From the NCBI GenBank assembly GCA_948695535.1, contig CAPRTS010000007.1, forward strand, positions 3,164 to 67,163: a stretch of 64,000 nt of DNA, read 5' to 3'. Below, piece after piece: positions 26,414 through 41,400 of the stretch. Numbering within the stretch: position 1 is the first letter of the stretch; every line of letters begins with the position of its first letter. The notes under the pieces are model-generated. The model did not search any database and was not told the DNA's origin. It was given only the letters and a program-made list of their open reading frames with translations. The translations under genes were made by a program, and so were the position numbers. Origin of the DNA: an uncultured Eubacteriales bacterium. Lineage in GTDB: Bacteria > Bacillota > Clostridia > Christensenellales > UBA1242.

Positions 26414-29400
26414 TTGAACAAACGAAGAACGCGGATTATTGCTCTGGTGATTATGAGTTTGCTCGCCGTCGTCAGTGTGGTGGGGGTGATTTTTGCGTTT
26501 AATAATTCTGGTACCCAACATGACGCTTACGGTAATATCGCTGTTTATGTGGATAAAACCGACATTGAACTGGATATTGAAGTTGAACGCGATGAAGACA
26601 GTGATAAAAAATTGCGTTTAGCCGATACACCCAATCGTTCGACCTATTTAACTATTACTGTTGGTGGTTTGCCGGACACTGCTGACCGAGGAGTAACTTT
26701 TAATGAAAGTTCCGCACGCAGTGGGGTGGTAAGTGTTGCGCTGGCTGGGTTTGACCAAAAACAAGGTATTAGTCGTTTCTTGATTACTGGACTCAATGGT
26801 GGAGCGCCGGTGACCTTGCGTTTTACCACACGTTCTGGTAACCAAACGATAGCCGTTAACGTCAAAGTCAATTTAACGGCCAAAGATTTCCGTTTGTCAT
26901 CAGGTGCTTACTTTGGTATTCGCCAAAATGGTGCTGGTTTGGATTTTAATAAAACCAGTACTTTGTCAAAACTTGATTTTTATGCTCATCCCGACGATAC
27001 TAATCAAACTTATAAACCTAATAATTTTCCACTACAATTCGCTTTAAAAGAAAATTACGCAGGTGTAACCTTGAACGACGGGGTTTTAAAAGTTAATGAC
27101 GATTTTGTGTTCGATGACGCAACCGATGGTCGTGAAATCGAAGTCTTGGCCAAATTACCAACCATGACGGAAATGGTGAGTATCCCCGTTTACGTCTTTC
27201 GTCCCGTTGATACCATTGCCGTGACAACCGATGCGTACGTGCCGACAACGACCGACGAAAACATCTATGATTTGATTTTGAATCGTGCTGAGCGTAGTCA
27301 GGCAAACTTTACCTTTGCTTTGCCCGCCAATCAAGGTGTAGTCGGTGAGAACTACAACTTTAAGCTTACGCCCCAAGATACCACTATGATCAACGTGACT
27401 AACAATGGCGAAGGTACAGGGCAATACGTATTGCGAGCTGTGGGTAATGCGGGACGTACGGCGGTAAGGGTAACGGCTTATCCACGTGCACGCATGACCG
27501 TGGACGGACAATTAAAGGACGTATGGTTTAATAACCCCGATACTGATGCTAATGTTTTTGTTGAACAAATGCTTTACTTGCGGGTGCGCAACGAATTTAT
27601 TGACCAAAATGAAACCGGTGGTTACGTTAATTGGAAATTACAATACAGTAAAGAACAACTATCGGCCTTCTATTACGAAGGAACGGGTGATGGCTATACT
27701 GACCAATTCACTATAAACACTATCAATACACAACCTATTACTTACGATAATGATATCGAATTTGAGTTAGTGGTTAAAGATGCCAGCAATCAAACTACTG
27801 TGTTTGACAAAGATACAGGGTTATTTAACGTTTTAGCGTTGTCGGTTTATCGTGACGGAGTATGGCAACCCTTGACCAGTGAACAATACATTGCCAACTA
27901 CCGTGACCAGTTCGCGGTGGCTTTGTTAAATAATACGGAATCAGAAAAGTACTTATCCGGCAATGTACAAGGTCTGTGGTTGCGTGCCAAAAGCGTAACC
28001 CCACTGAGTACCAGCACTGACGGTAATTTACGTTACGCCACTTGGGACGTGCCTTTGGTGGCGTTTGGGGCAATTGACCGTTTCCAAATTTCTAATTTAA
28101 CTACCTTGGACGATGGTACGACAGGGGTGGCGTTAGTGCATCACCAAGGCCTTAATCAAGTTAGCGCGGTGACATTGGATGTTTATGGCCTGTTGGCAAA
28201 CAATGACGCTTTTGAATACAGTGAGCACTGGGACGTTAAGGCGATTACCATCAATGACAATTTGCCCTTTACGGTAACTTATGCCGACAGTAACGTAGTG
28301 ACAAGTAATGGCCAACATGTTGCCAAACGGGCTTATACCTTTACTTTACGCAAGGGGACGAATGTTGAATATTATAATGCTTATCCCGTGACTTTTACCT
28401 ACCCCAATGGCATCAGCCAAACCATTTATGTTAAAATTTTCCCCACGGTTACTCAATTGAATATGAACGTGGTCAGTGATAATCATGGTCAAATTTACCG
28501 AACCATACAAGATGATAATGGTTACGTCAAAACTGTTTACGTTAAGCAAGGTGCTACCTACCGCATTAACGTTGCAACCGCTGACGTCAGTGTCGGTGCG
28601 TACGCAGAAATTGGTGATCAAGGTGAAAAGTCCTTTGATGCCCGTGAACTTGCCGAAGGTTGTTACACGGTGCCGGCATATTTGCACGCGTACAGTGATG
28701 ATGTTTACGTTAACCATGAGCAGCGGTTTACGGTAAACTTTGTGGTGGTGGCTCCGGTTGTTAACGTTGCGGCGCCTTCCACGATTACCTTACCGGGAAT
28801 TGGACCGTCAGTGCCAATAAAAGTTGCCCCCACCAGTGGTAGTGAGCAATATCTGCACGTTGATCCAGTTCTGCAAAACGAGAACATAGACATTAATCGC
28901 ATCACAACTACCGAATTTACCTTATCAGCTCGTTATTTAAAAGATGAACCGATAACGATTGGCTTCCGAATTTATAAACAATATAACTTTGGGATTGATT
29001 TTGACGGTGACGGTATCGACGATGTTTTTGAAATACAATACACCGCGGGTAACTTAGTTCCAATCACGGTAACTATCGCCAATACTAACCGGTTCAGCCA
29101 AGTAATTATCAATGAACAAGGCGCGGTTCGTACCGAAAAAGGGATTGGTAAATACATTGAGTTAGTTTCTAAACCGTTACCGGAAACACCAGTCAGTGTT
29201 AAGGTTACTACCTTGGGAACAAGCAGTTGTGATGAAATTGGTTTTACTTTTATTAAGTACCAAAATGGTAAGTTTGATATTACGGATAGACTGGACAACA
29301 TTAACGTAATCACGGCCGCGGAAGTTCAAGGGAACAGTTTATTGCTTACACCTAAGGCTGAGATCCGTAGTATGGGAATTTATGCACTGTTGGTCTACAC

Positions 29401-32400
29401 CAAAGATAGTTTACGTTTGGGGGCTACTGTTACCGGAAAGGTAGTTGAGATTCCGCAGACTTATGAAATTGTTCCGCTATATATTGGTACGCAAGAAGAA
29501 ATTGAAAACGTAATCGGTGAATTGAAAGATGGTATAATTCATGACGGGAATTCGGGGCAACTGAATGATTTGGGTGGTTATAACTGGGTTATGGCGGGAG
29601 AGAAACCTTATCATGCCGCTTTGTTCTATACCGTCGAAGGAACCGAGTATAGCAGTAACATTAAAGCAAATCGTTATTACTTAGATGATTTAGAATTAGT
29701 TTTAGGTAGCGACGAAAAATGGCAGCAGGCTTTGTGTTTTGAAGAATATGAATTCCATAAATTTGTTAACAACGTTGAAATTAAGGATTTGAATGACGAG
29801 GAAAAAATTTCGCGAGAAGGTTTAAGCAAAAAAACAATTCGTAAATACTTTCAAGTCGGGGATTACAGTTATGCGGGGCACGAAGTTTATTACTTATTAA
29901 GTAACGGTAACGGCGTTAATTTGTACTTCTATGTTGCGGAAAGCATAAAACATTTTGACGTAAGGTTGACCGTTGACGGCAGCAGTAGTATCGTGGCCGA
30001 GAAGAGTTTAACCACCGGCAGTATGAATTCGGAATTAGCCATAAGTACTGTGAAAGTGCAGCGCGGTCGTCCGTTTAGATTGGTTGGGGAAACGGACGCT
30101 TCGGTTAATTCCTTTTGGCAAATTGACCCCAGTGTAATTGATAATCCCGCTGGGCCGTCCTACATGGGGGGCAGTTACCAGTTTATGCCATACCTTGAAT
30201 TTGATGACGGTGGTGGTGCTAAGGAACGATTTAATTTAACGGTGTTACAAACCTTAGTAAAAGTTGGCATTACGGGAGGCGTGCAATATTTAAGTTTGGC
30301 TCAGTCGGGCAATACTTTGGACGGCGTCACAACAGCGGTCTATAACGCAACGGTGTTGACCGATCAAAGTTGGGATAAAAACATTTTGAACTACGTTTTA
30401 GATTATAACGGAGTGCGTTATCAATTGTTTGAAAATGCCGTGGGTGATATTATTACTGATGAAGTATTAATGGAAGGCGGCAATGCGGCGTTCTATTTCA
30501 AGTTGATCCCAACCAAAGGTAAACTTGACATTAATACTAACTATTACACGCATTACTTGCGTTTGGAAGTCGCGATTATTTTGAAATCGGCAGCTACTAA
30601 CCCGTTTGCTAACGTGTCAGGTGCTCGTTTGATTTTGCAAGAAAATTTATCAGGTTCAACCTTGGAGGGCAGTAAAGTCGCCCGTGAAGTTTCAGCAGGC
30701 TTAAACGTAGTACGACAGGGAATTACCAACGTGTCTATGGCTCATTTTGCGAATATTACAGTTGACACTAATACCGGTAATATCTCGCTGCCTGAAAGCC
30801 AAAGCAATACTAATATTATTTACGTAGACAACAGTGTTGTCGGTGGTATTTTGACTGTCCATCCGTCGCCTTATTACCTGGATGTTGACAGCATTGCCGT
30901 TGAATGCGTAAAGCCGGTTGAAGTTACTAAACAAATTGGTACCTCTTTGGATGGGGTGGCGGTCATGGGTACGGCACGTTACAGTATTGGCTTTATGCAA
31001 TTGGTCTACAACACTGATGAACAAGTCTACCAAAACTTTTTAAGCGGTACTTCGCCCAAAATGGTTTCGACTTGGTCGAAAAAAGATGGTTACCAATGGA
31101 ATGGTCGTTATTATTTCCGTACTTATTTGCGTTGTGACGGACAGGCCGATGCCGCAATCCCTGATGGTGCCGAATTCAAAATTGCGGTTACGATTACCAG
31201 TGAAGGGTACCAACGTATTACCGAACAAATGACAATATATGCCAAGTATAAAGACGGCATTGTGATTACACCTGACGATAATGGTACTGCCTACCCAATT
31301 AGTACCATGGTACAAACTAATTACCAAGCCGTCGGCACTTCCGCCGTTTACGATATTGCTTTCCCTGCCGGTTACTTACCTAATTATTTAGGTTACAGTA
31401 TCTATGGTGATGGTAAAGATTACGCTACTGTTGAGGTGGATGCACTTAATAAAACGGTGCGAGTGCGGTTGGCCAGTGACGTTTCGTTAATCAACAAAAC
31501 GATAGAAATTCGTTTCCCGTATCGTGCTCAAGGTGATTTTGTTAATCCCTATTTAAGCGTGGTCATTGTCCCTGTCTATTTTCAATTTACCGGTCTGTCG
31601 GTTGCTAACCATATTGAAACGCCGGTAATACTGTTAGCCGATGAATCGCCTGACAGTTTAACTTATCGAGTTATCGCTAACTATGATTCGTCCTTAGCTG
31701 TCATTACGTCGCGGTTATCGGATTTTAACGGTAATTTAGGTACTAAACGTCCTAACGAGTTGTTGCAATTTACCGACGAAGGTCATGGTAAACGTACGGT
31801 GCGGTTTAGTTATTCTTACGTTAATGGTATCCCCGTGATTATGCGGGACGGTGAACTGGTTTACGAACAAACAATTTACTATGAAGTAGCCGAAAGTCGC
31901 GATATTTTAGAACGCACGGTTTATTTGGCCATTGGTTGCACCGAAACCTATGACTTTGAGTTTGATCCTTTACGTAAACAAATTTGGCGTGTCGCCAGCC
32001 GTTCTGGTGCAGCAACCGATTTGTGGGACGTTAATATGCGCAATGATAATTCGGGCATTTTTACGGTCTCCTTAAATAACGAAGCCAATGGCGGCCTTGA
32101 TTTAATCAATGCTCCCTTGACGCTTGAAATCGGCCCACGAACCAGCTCGCAAGTGGATTTACGATTACACATTGTGCCCGTTTATTTTACGTTTAACGGC
32201 TTCAAAACGCTGGATTATCCAGTTGACCCTTTAATCGCTTTAAGTCAACCCTTTACGGTTACCTTGGCGGCGGATAATGTGGTTACTGCGGGGGGAGAAA
32301 AGGCCGTTACCGCTTTGGCAGAATTTAATGCCGACTTATTGCAAGCGCAAGAAGATGCAGACAAAAATTTAGTGAATTTTGCCCGCGTACCGAACGAAGA

Positions 32401-35400
32401 GGGTATCATAAATTTTGACTTTGACGAAACAACCCGTGCTTTGTCGCGTAATGATTTAAATAATCCCATTACGGCAACTACTCACTTGCAAGCCTCCGCG
32501 ACAATCATCTACCGCGATGGTCGTCCAGAATTAAATAAGAATGGCCAAAAGATGACTACTTATTTTGTAGTTAAAACTTACGGTTCTAATCCTGATGGTG
32601 GTAACGAAAACGAAAACCCATTAGAACCGCAACCTAGCAGCCGTTATCGCAAAGTCGCACAGGCGATTGGTACTTCGGTAACTTATAACATCGCTTTGAA
32701 AGACGTTACCTTCGATACAGTCTTGGATTGTAGTGAAACCAGTAACACTACTAATCCAAAACCATGGAGTAGCGATAGTAAATGGACGGCTAAGTTAAGC
32801 GGTAATAAAATTATTGTGGATTTACAACCGAATACGGATTTGTTTGGATTGACCTTGGTGATCAATGTTTATTCGGCAGAAGATAATACTACCCCCGTTT
32901 ACACCTTGAATATTGTCCCGGCTTACTTCACGGTCGAAAATTTGGTAGCGGTCGGTCATGCTGATGAAAATCCGTTACAAATAATCAGTCCCGAAACAAT
33001 TGATACCTTACGTGTGGATTTTGAGTCTGTTTATGGTAATCTCGATTATCCCTATCTCGACAAAATCGCAGCCTTCCGCGAAACCTTATTACATACAGAA
33101 TTATTAACCCGTATTGCAGATGGCGGCCTTTTAACTTTATTATTGGGTGTCAGGTACAATAATGGCGAACCCGAAATTGTCAGCCGAGCCAACAGCAGTG
33201 CTTTAACCGTGCAAAGCACATACCGTTACGAATTATTGGCGAACGGGCCAAAAGTTGCCACTTTGGCGCAGGCAATTGGTACTACGATACAATATGACCG
33301 TATTCCGTACGGTAAAACTATTCGCAGTATCAGTCGTTGCTACTATGATCCGGATAACCGTGAAGCCGACGAAGAAGGTTACGTTGAATTGACTTCTCGC
33401 TATGATGCGGATAAGCCTTATACTCAATGGGACGCTTACATCAGTAATAACGATAGCCGATTGTTCCAAGTGTCTTTGGCCAATACTACCGATTTGTTTA
33501 ACTATCGCTTGAAAGTGGAAGTATACACCGTCGGTGGCAAGGGAACCAGTACCCCGGATTGTAAGTTGTACATTATTCCGGCTCAGTTTGTGCTTAGCGG
33601 CCTGGCGGTCGATGGTCAAAGCGGTAACGAAATTTGGTTTGTTGCCGACAGCACTCCGGTTGATGCAAACGCGTTAATTAATAATATTTCTTACGTTGGT
33701 GTAGTTGACAGTCGTAATTTGAACGGAAGTAATATCGCTGGCCTGTTAACCAAATTTAATACTGAACAATTACGCCAAAAAGCTGACTTATTGGAACGCA
33801 ATTTTGACAGTGACGCAACCACCGGCAAATTAACTACCACGATGTACCTTAAATACGTAAATGGTGAACCAACGTTGGTGGCGACTAAAAATGAAGCGGA
33901 TATTTGCTTGCCTACCGATTTTACTTACCAAATCTACGGGCCGAGTGAATATAACCCGAATTACCCCAACTTGCCAACGGGACCGCGTACTCGCAGTGAA
34001 GTCCAAGCAATTGGTACCACGGTTCGTTACCATATTGATTTACCGACGGGACAACTGATCGATAAGAAAACGCTGGAGGACAGCAGTCTGGAGGACAGCA
34101 GTGCGGATAAATTATGGACCGCAACTTGGGAAGATGAAGAGTTAGTGGTCACCTTGAAACCTAACACTAAGTTACTGAACAATACCATTAAGTTGTCATT
34201 CTATTCGATGCTTGATCACTCGGCTAATGCTTACTTGTTTGAGTTGACGATTAGGCCAGTCTTGTTTGAAGTGGTTGGTTTTACGATTGCGGATCATCCC
34301 GAACAACCGGTAACTTTGTTGTCGGCTGACGACAAAGCTAATCTCGCAGCCGTAGTTAAACACATGGATATTTACCAAACGAATGGTGACACAACTTATA
34401 ATGCAGCCGTAAGTTTCTTGCGCCAACAATTGGCTAAGTTTAATCAACAAACCTTAGCTAGTTACGTTAAGAACGGCAATACACAGTTTTGGCAAGTTGA
34501 CGACGAATACGACAGCAATAGTAACTTTGGTTACTTGACTTTCCGGGCTGCCATTAACTACAATGATCGTAACCAACCGCGATTAGTGAATATCGACAGT
34601 AACCCATTAAGCGTTGTTGAATCAACTGTGGCTTACCAAATGGTTGCTTCGGCTGACGAAATTGGATCGACAGCTGCTTATTACCAAGCAATTGGCACAA
34701 CCGAATTTTACCCATTACCGGCGTCAGTTTTGCAAAATAACCGTTTTAAGGCAGTAAGCGGTAGTGGTGCCAGTGTTGACGCCAGTGGTACCAAAATAAC
34801 TGCTACTTATTGGCAAGCGTCCATCGTGAACAGCGGTGACCGTTATGCCGTCAAAGTTGAATTTAATGCAACTCAATATGGTACAGCCTTATTGGGCACC
34901 GACATTATTTTGGAAATTGTTGATGCTAATCCAAACCATGTCTTTACTTTGCAAATTAAACCCGTATACTTTGTGGTCGAAGGTTTTGAAGTGGTTAATC
35001 ACCCCGAGCGACCTTTGTGGTTGCTGACTTCGCCCGAAACCACCGAAAATGTATCCAGTCTACGCTTTAACGCCAAGGTGCGCCGTTCTTATGCTCCGGA
35101 TTTGCAAGCCGATATTGATGTTGCCTTAAATGTTTTCAATAATAAATTGCAAAACGATTGGTACAATGATTTAGAAATAAGTGCTGTCGGCGGTGAATAT
35201 TTGCTTGTGCGGGGAGCAGTGGCTTATAACACAGAAACAATAGGTGAGCAACTTGGTGATGGTTCGGCTAACCTTGTGCCGATAGTTACAACGGGACTTG
35301 AACGTATTCCGCTAATCCGCAGTATATTCCAATACAAAATTTATAATAACTCGGGTACACAGTTACCAGACACAGGTATTGTTTATCCCACGGGCACGCG

Positions 35401-38400
35401 GACCCGCACGGTGGCCCAAGCCATCGGCTTAACGAATAATTACACTATTGACTTAGCCGACTTGCCAAATTTCGGTACAGCACATTTAACTTTAACGGAA
35501 GAACGCCAAGATGGCACCAAGAGTGATTGGACCGCGACCAGTGGTTGGCAAGTTACGGCCGATGGTAACAGTTTGACGGTCAGTTTGGCGGCAGCATCCG
35601 ATTTGCTGGAACGTACTTTGGTAATTACCATCAGTTACAATGCTGATTACTATAACCCCGCTTACGTTTTGAAAATTAAACCGGTATGGTTCAAAGTTGT
35701 TGATATTGCCATGCAAGATCACCCAGAAAGCCCAATTATAGTTGACGACTTAAATAATTATGCTCGCCCGATTTTTGTCCCCGTGGTTGAGTACGCTCCC
35801 GAATTAACTGACGAAGTTTCTCCCAAAGTTACGGCTTTCGTTAAAAAGTTTACCAACAACATGACGTCTGTGCTTACTACCAGTCGCCGCGGCAGTGATG
35901 GTAAAACTGAATACATACGTTGTACTGCCTTTGTCGGCTATGATTATCCAGACGTGACCAATGAAGACGAAACCCTACGTCACGATGGCGTCTATCTTAG
36001 TAACAATATTGTCGATCGTTTGTGGCGCGTGTTTACCGTTCAACAAAAAGATGAAGGCCAATTGACTCCTAAACCAGCCAAAACGGTAGTGCAGGGGATT
36101 GGCAGTACCAAAGAATATTATTTAGAACTTAGTAAGTCAGTCAATAATGGAACTTATCCCAGTAACGATGGCAAGGCAACAGCCGTAGTTAAGGGCGACC
36201 AAACTACCGTAACTTTGGCGGCTGATACGGATTTAATAGGTCGTACCTTAGTGTTTGACTTAGGGGGCGCCTTTGATTTAAAAATTACTCCCGTTTGGTT
36301 TGAAGTTAAGAAGTTAGAGGTTGTGGGACATCCCGAACGCCCAGTTTGGTTATTCTCGCCAGCAACTACCGCCAGTTTGAACTACCGAGCAGTGACCAAC
36401 GCAATTCCGGCTGAATTGGGTATTGAAGAAAAAATTGCCGCATTTAACACTAATTTGAATGCGCAGCGAGCAACATTGGTTTCCGAAAGTGTTAGCGATA
36501 AATACATAACGATTAACGCGGCGGTTGATTATGTCGATGGCTTACCAACTTTGGTGCGCATTGGCGGTGATTTAAGTAACGTTGTCGAAACGGTTTTTGA
36601 ATATTACGTTTGGGCAGATTCCCGAGAACCAACCCCTGAACACCCTGCGGTTATTGCTACAACCAAGGTTAACCAAATTATCGGTGGTTCTAAAACTTAC
36701 ACTTTGCAAAACATTCAAGGTAAAGTTTATTACCAATGGCTTTGGGTAGAGGGTGCCGGACAATTAAAACAGGCTAATAATGGCAGTTTTGTGCAATACG
36801 AAGGAGTAACGGTTAATTTTGACGTAACTAAAAATTTGTTTACTGTCGCAATCGCTGCGGATGTAAATTATTTACTACAACCGATTAAAATCAATCTGCC
36901 ATATTTGGTAACAGTAGACAAACAAGAAGTTTGGTACACGCATTGTTTGGAAATTACGCCGTTACTTTTGGAAGTTTATGGTTGGCAAATTAAGCCTGAT
37001 GCAACCGCACCAATCGCGGCTTATGAATGCGTTGGCGATTACCTTAAATTAAATATTCAAAACTTGCCACTTAACGCTAATTTTGTCCCCAAAGTAAATT
37101 ATTCGTCAGCTGCTGAGCTGGCTCCCGAAATTGAGCAAGCTTTGGCTGCTTTGCAAGAGCAAATTGACGCGGACTTAACTCTATTAAATTGGCAATATCA
37201 AGGTGATTACGTGCAGATTAGTGCCAATAATAACAAATTAGTTGTAATGCAAAATACTACCGAAACCCAAAATACCGCGGTCGATTTAACTGGTCGAATT
37301 GTTTATGAAAACGGTCGCCCAACCGCAGAGAAGGACGGTGGCATCAGCGTTGCTAACCAAGTTATGGTCAGCACGGGCAATCCGCAACCTTGGCCACCCG
37401 AAGAACCATTGGTTGGCCATCAAACCATTAATCGACAAGCCATTGGCACCGAATACATCTACCACCTTGATTTTGTCGACGCCGATTATTTGCTGAATGA
37501 CGCCCAGCAGCCTTACTTAGATGTTCAGTACGACCAGATGCGAATTATGTGCGACGGGGTAGTGCTTAACCCGCAAAAAGATTATACCACCGATAACGAT
37601 GACGCTGATGATAATCGTTTCGTAATTGACGGGGAATACGATTTACTTACTGTTGATTACGATGCCGATGCGCAAAACGTCATCGTTGATTTGGCGGCGG
37701 TGTTGGCATTAACTACGCATTCCTTGACTATTGATATTCCGTATAAAGTTGATACCAACTACCTCGATCCTGACAGTAAAGCACCGGTTTATGCTACCAA
37801 ATATTACCGTTTGGCAATTGATCCAGTTAGTTATTTGCTGAATGGTTTCACCTTAGTTGGACATGTAAACAACTACGTGGCGTTAAATGACCAAGACGTC
37901 CAAGTTACTTTACAGGCCGACGTTACACGCACGGATCGCGCAACCAATGCCGTGCGTAACAGTATCAATATGGCAATCGATAATTTCGAAAACCAATTAA
38001 AAACTATGTTGCAAAACCAAAATCTTGACGATGCTTGGACGATTACTAACCTTGACGGTACAGTCAATAATTACATTGATATAGTTACCTTGGGCGGTAG
38101 TTTGTGGTTGCAACGTACGGCACCAGTAACAGCTTCTCACCGTGTCACTACGCGAGTGTATATTAATTACCAAGACGGTCGCCCAGTGTTGAGTGAAGCC
38201 AGTAAAGCTGAACTTTATTTTGATGTCGAAATTTTGGTAGATACTGATGCGAAAGATGTGGAGTTTTTCCCGGGATTAGATGACGTTAAAGAAGGTGAAC
38301 GTCGCGAGTTCCAACAAGCGGTTGGTACTTCCAAAACTTACGTAATTGATAAGACCGCCAACGCGACGGAAACTTTGTATTTCAAATGGTTAACCGTCAA

Positions 38401-41400
38401 GAATGGTGGCCCAAAACGTGATGCTAAGAATTACGAATTCTTTGATATGCAAATTACGGGTGGCAGCAATTACGGTGAAATCGTAGTAACGTTTAAACCA
38501 CAAGTCCGTTTGTTGATTAACCCGCTTGAAATTTTAATTCCGTACGCCAAATACCAAACGGCTGATGGTCAAGAAGGGGACGTGGTTTGGTATTATTACG
38601 CTTTGGTTATTAAACCGGTCTTATTTGAAGTAACCGGTTGGGGCGTTGAAAACGAAAAAGGTGAAGTGGTTGATGAATTGATCATTGACGACAGTGCAGT
38701 AGAATTGAAATTCGTGCCCATTATCCGCAGTGCTCCCTTAGACAACCAAACCTTTGTTGATGATCCCAGCGACCCGAATAATGCCGAAACCAGCGAATTG
38801 ATTTTCATCAGTAACTCAATTCGCAATTTGAAAAAACAAATTAATGATTATAACGCTGCTGTGGCTGATAAATATACTTATTTAGTGATCAACAATTACC
38901 CCGAAGAAAATCACCAAATTAACTACTCTTTATACCGTGACGAAGGCGCACAAAAGACTTACTTAATTCGCGATGTTAATGAAGATACCTACACAACTAT
39001 CGATTTGTCGGCGACTATTTCTTACCAAGTTAACAGCTTTGATACCTCCGCGGCCGACGGGGTACATGCCGTGGTCGGTTATGACGATTTGAATAACGGT
39101 ATTCGCGTTAGCAGCAGTGTTACCATCAAGACTACGGATCGCACTAAGGCTGGTAACGAAAATTTAATGGTAATCACGCAAGATAACGCTAAGGTTTTGG
39201 AAAGTTTAGCACCCGATACTGATTACATCTTGATGGAAGATATTCATTTATCAAGAGTTAGTGCCAGTGGTTGGCAGCCCGCGGTGTTCCCGACCAACAG
39301 TACTTTAGATGGTAATAATTTCAAAATCTATCTTGACGCCGGTTTTGATTTGAGTAAAACACCAGGCAATATCGGGTTGTTTGAAAGTATCCCTAACGGT
39401 TCAGTGGTTAAAAACTTACAAGTAGTTATCCCGCAGGGTACTTCGTTCGATAAGGCTCGTACTTTGGAAGTTGACCTAACTGATTATAATGAAGGTGCCG
39501 TTAATATTGGTTTATTGGCCGGTACAAATAACGGTTTAATCACTAACTGTGCTGTGCTGTCGGATTGGCAATTTGTGCAAGATTTAAGTAACGTTATCAA
39601 TCCGTTAAGCGGTAACAAATTTACCAGCAACTTGCAATTTAACATGGAAGGCTATCTTTTTGGTACCGTATCATACGATGGAGTAGAAGACACTTATTTC
39701 TTTGAAACCAGTATCAACAGCAATCAAGAAATAACTATTGAACGGGTTTATAACCGTTATGGCTACCGTTTGATTAAAAATGGCGCAAATAAATGGGTTG
39801 AGTACGTTGATAAGTACAATAATAATATCGAATTTATTACGCCCGATACTACCAGTGTGGCACGTTATGATAATTACAGTGCAATGATGAGTGATGGCTC
39901 AGCAGCAGCCCGTGTGTTGGTAAAAGGAACTAACGCTAAATTAGACGTTACTTTGGGTGGTTTAGTTGGTACAAACGCTCGCATGGTCACTAACAGTCGG
40001 GTCTTGATTGATGTTGAATTAACTGACTTGAACAATGGTGCCGACAATGTTGATGACGCAATCAGTGCTAATTCAGCGATAGTCGGGGGCTTTGTCGGTA
40101 ATAATGGTAAGACAGGTACGATAACGGCTTCTTTCTTCCGTGATGGTAACGTTATCAATAACGCGAATGTTAGTACCGCAAGCGATAATCCAATTTGTTA
40201 CTTGGGCGGTTTCGTCGGGTATAACCAAGGTAAAATTTTGCAATCTTACGCAATGGGACAATCTACTAACCGTGATAATAAAGCAAACATCAATTTCACT
40301 TCGTTGGCGGGTAGCGTCAAAACCAGCCGTAACTCCTTAGGTGGATTTGTCCACCAAAATGATGGTACCGTTACGGATTGCTTAGTTAACATGTTGATTG
40401 ATAAGGGTGGTTTGGCTGGTTTCGCGGGTGGTTTTGTCTACCGCAATACCACTAACGGCAAGATTACAAACTGCGTAGAAAATAACGTCTTGTACTTTGT
40501 CGCGGAAGATGCCAGCGGTGCTTTGTACCGACCATTTATCGCTTTGAATGCCAATATGACGGTTGATGATGCCAAAGCTGGTACTAACACGGTTTTAACC
40601 AATTTGCAAAATTTGTACTACGCTGGTAACTTGTCGGGTACGGGTGCATCGCAATTCTTGGCTCCGGGCGTGCTGACCCAATTGGCTGACGTTAATGATC
40701 CTAACGCAAATTCGCGTAAATACAATATGGTGGAAAGTTACGAAGGTTTCTCGATTGGTGAAAATAATAATGCGGATTGGTACATTACCGCCCAAAACAC
40801 AATTTGGATGATGACCGATTTAGGCCCCATGTTGCGTACCCCGAATGATATTGCCATCAGTTATCGTAAAACTATTGCGCAATCTTCACCATACTTATTT
40901 GCGCCCGGTACCGCGCGTAACCCGTATCTTATCTGGCAAAAAGACCAATTCCGTAGTTATGTTTACGCAGCCACGCCGTCGGCAACGAAAGCCGATAAAA
41001 CTGGTGCTAAACAAAATGTTGACGCTAACCGGCAAAATAACCATTTACGCTTAGTTGATGATGTAACTTTGGACGGTATCCAAGACACTTATAAGATTAC
41101 TTATACGGGTACTTTTGAAGGTAATGGCCTAACTTTGGGCGGCATTGGCCTACCTTCGGTAGCAACAACTTTGGTAACGGCCGGTTTGTTTGGTAAAACG
41201 GAATACGCCACTATTCGTAATATCAATTTTACCTTTAATAATAATATCAATTCGACTGCACGTTATGTTGGTGGTATTGCGGGTATCAGTATTAACACTA
41301 ACTATGTTGACGTTAATTTGAACGGTTCGTCATCGACTATTTTAGGTGCTAACATAGTGGGTGGCGTTGCGGGACTGATGGTGGTTAACGATTATCACGT

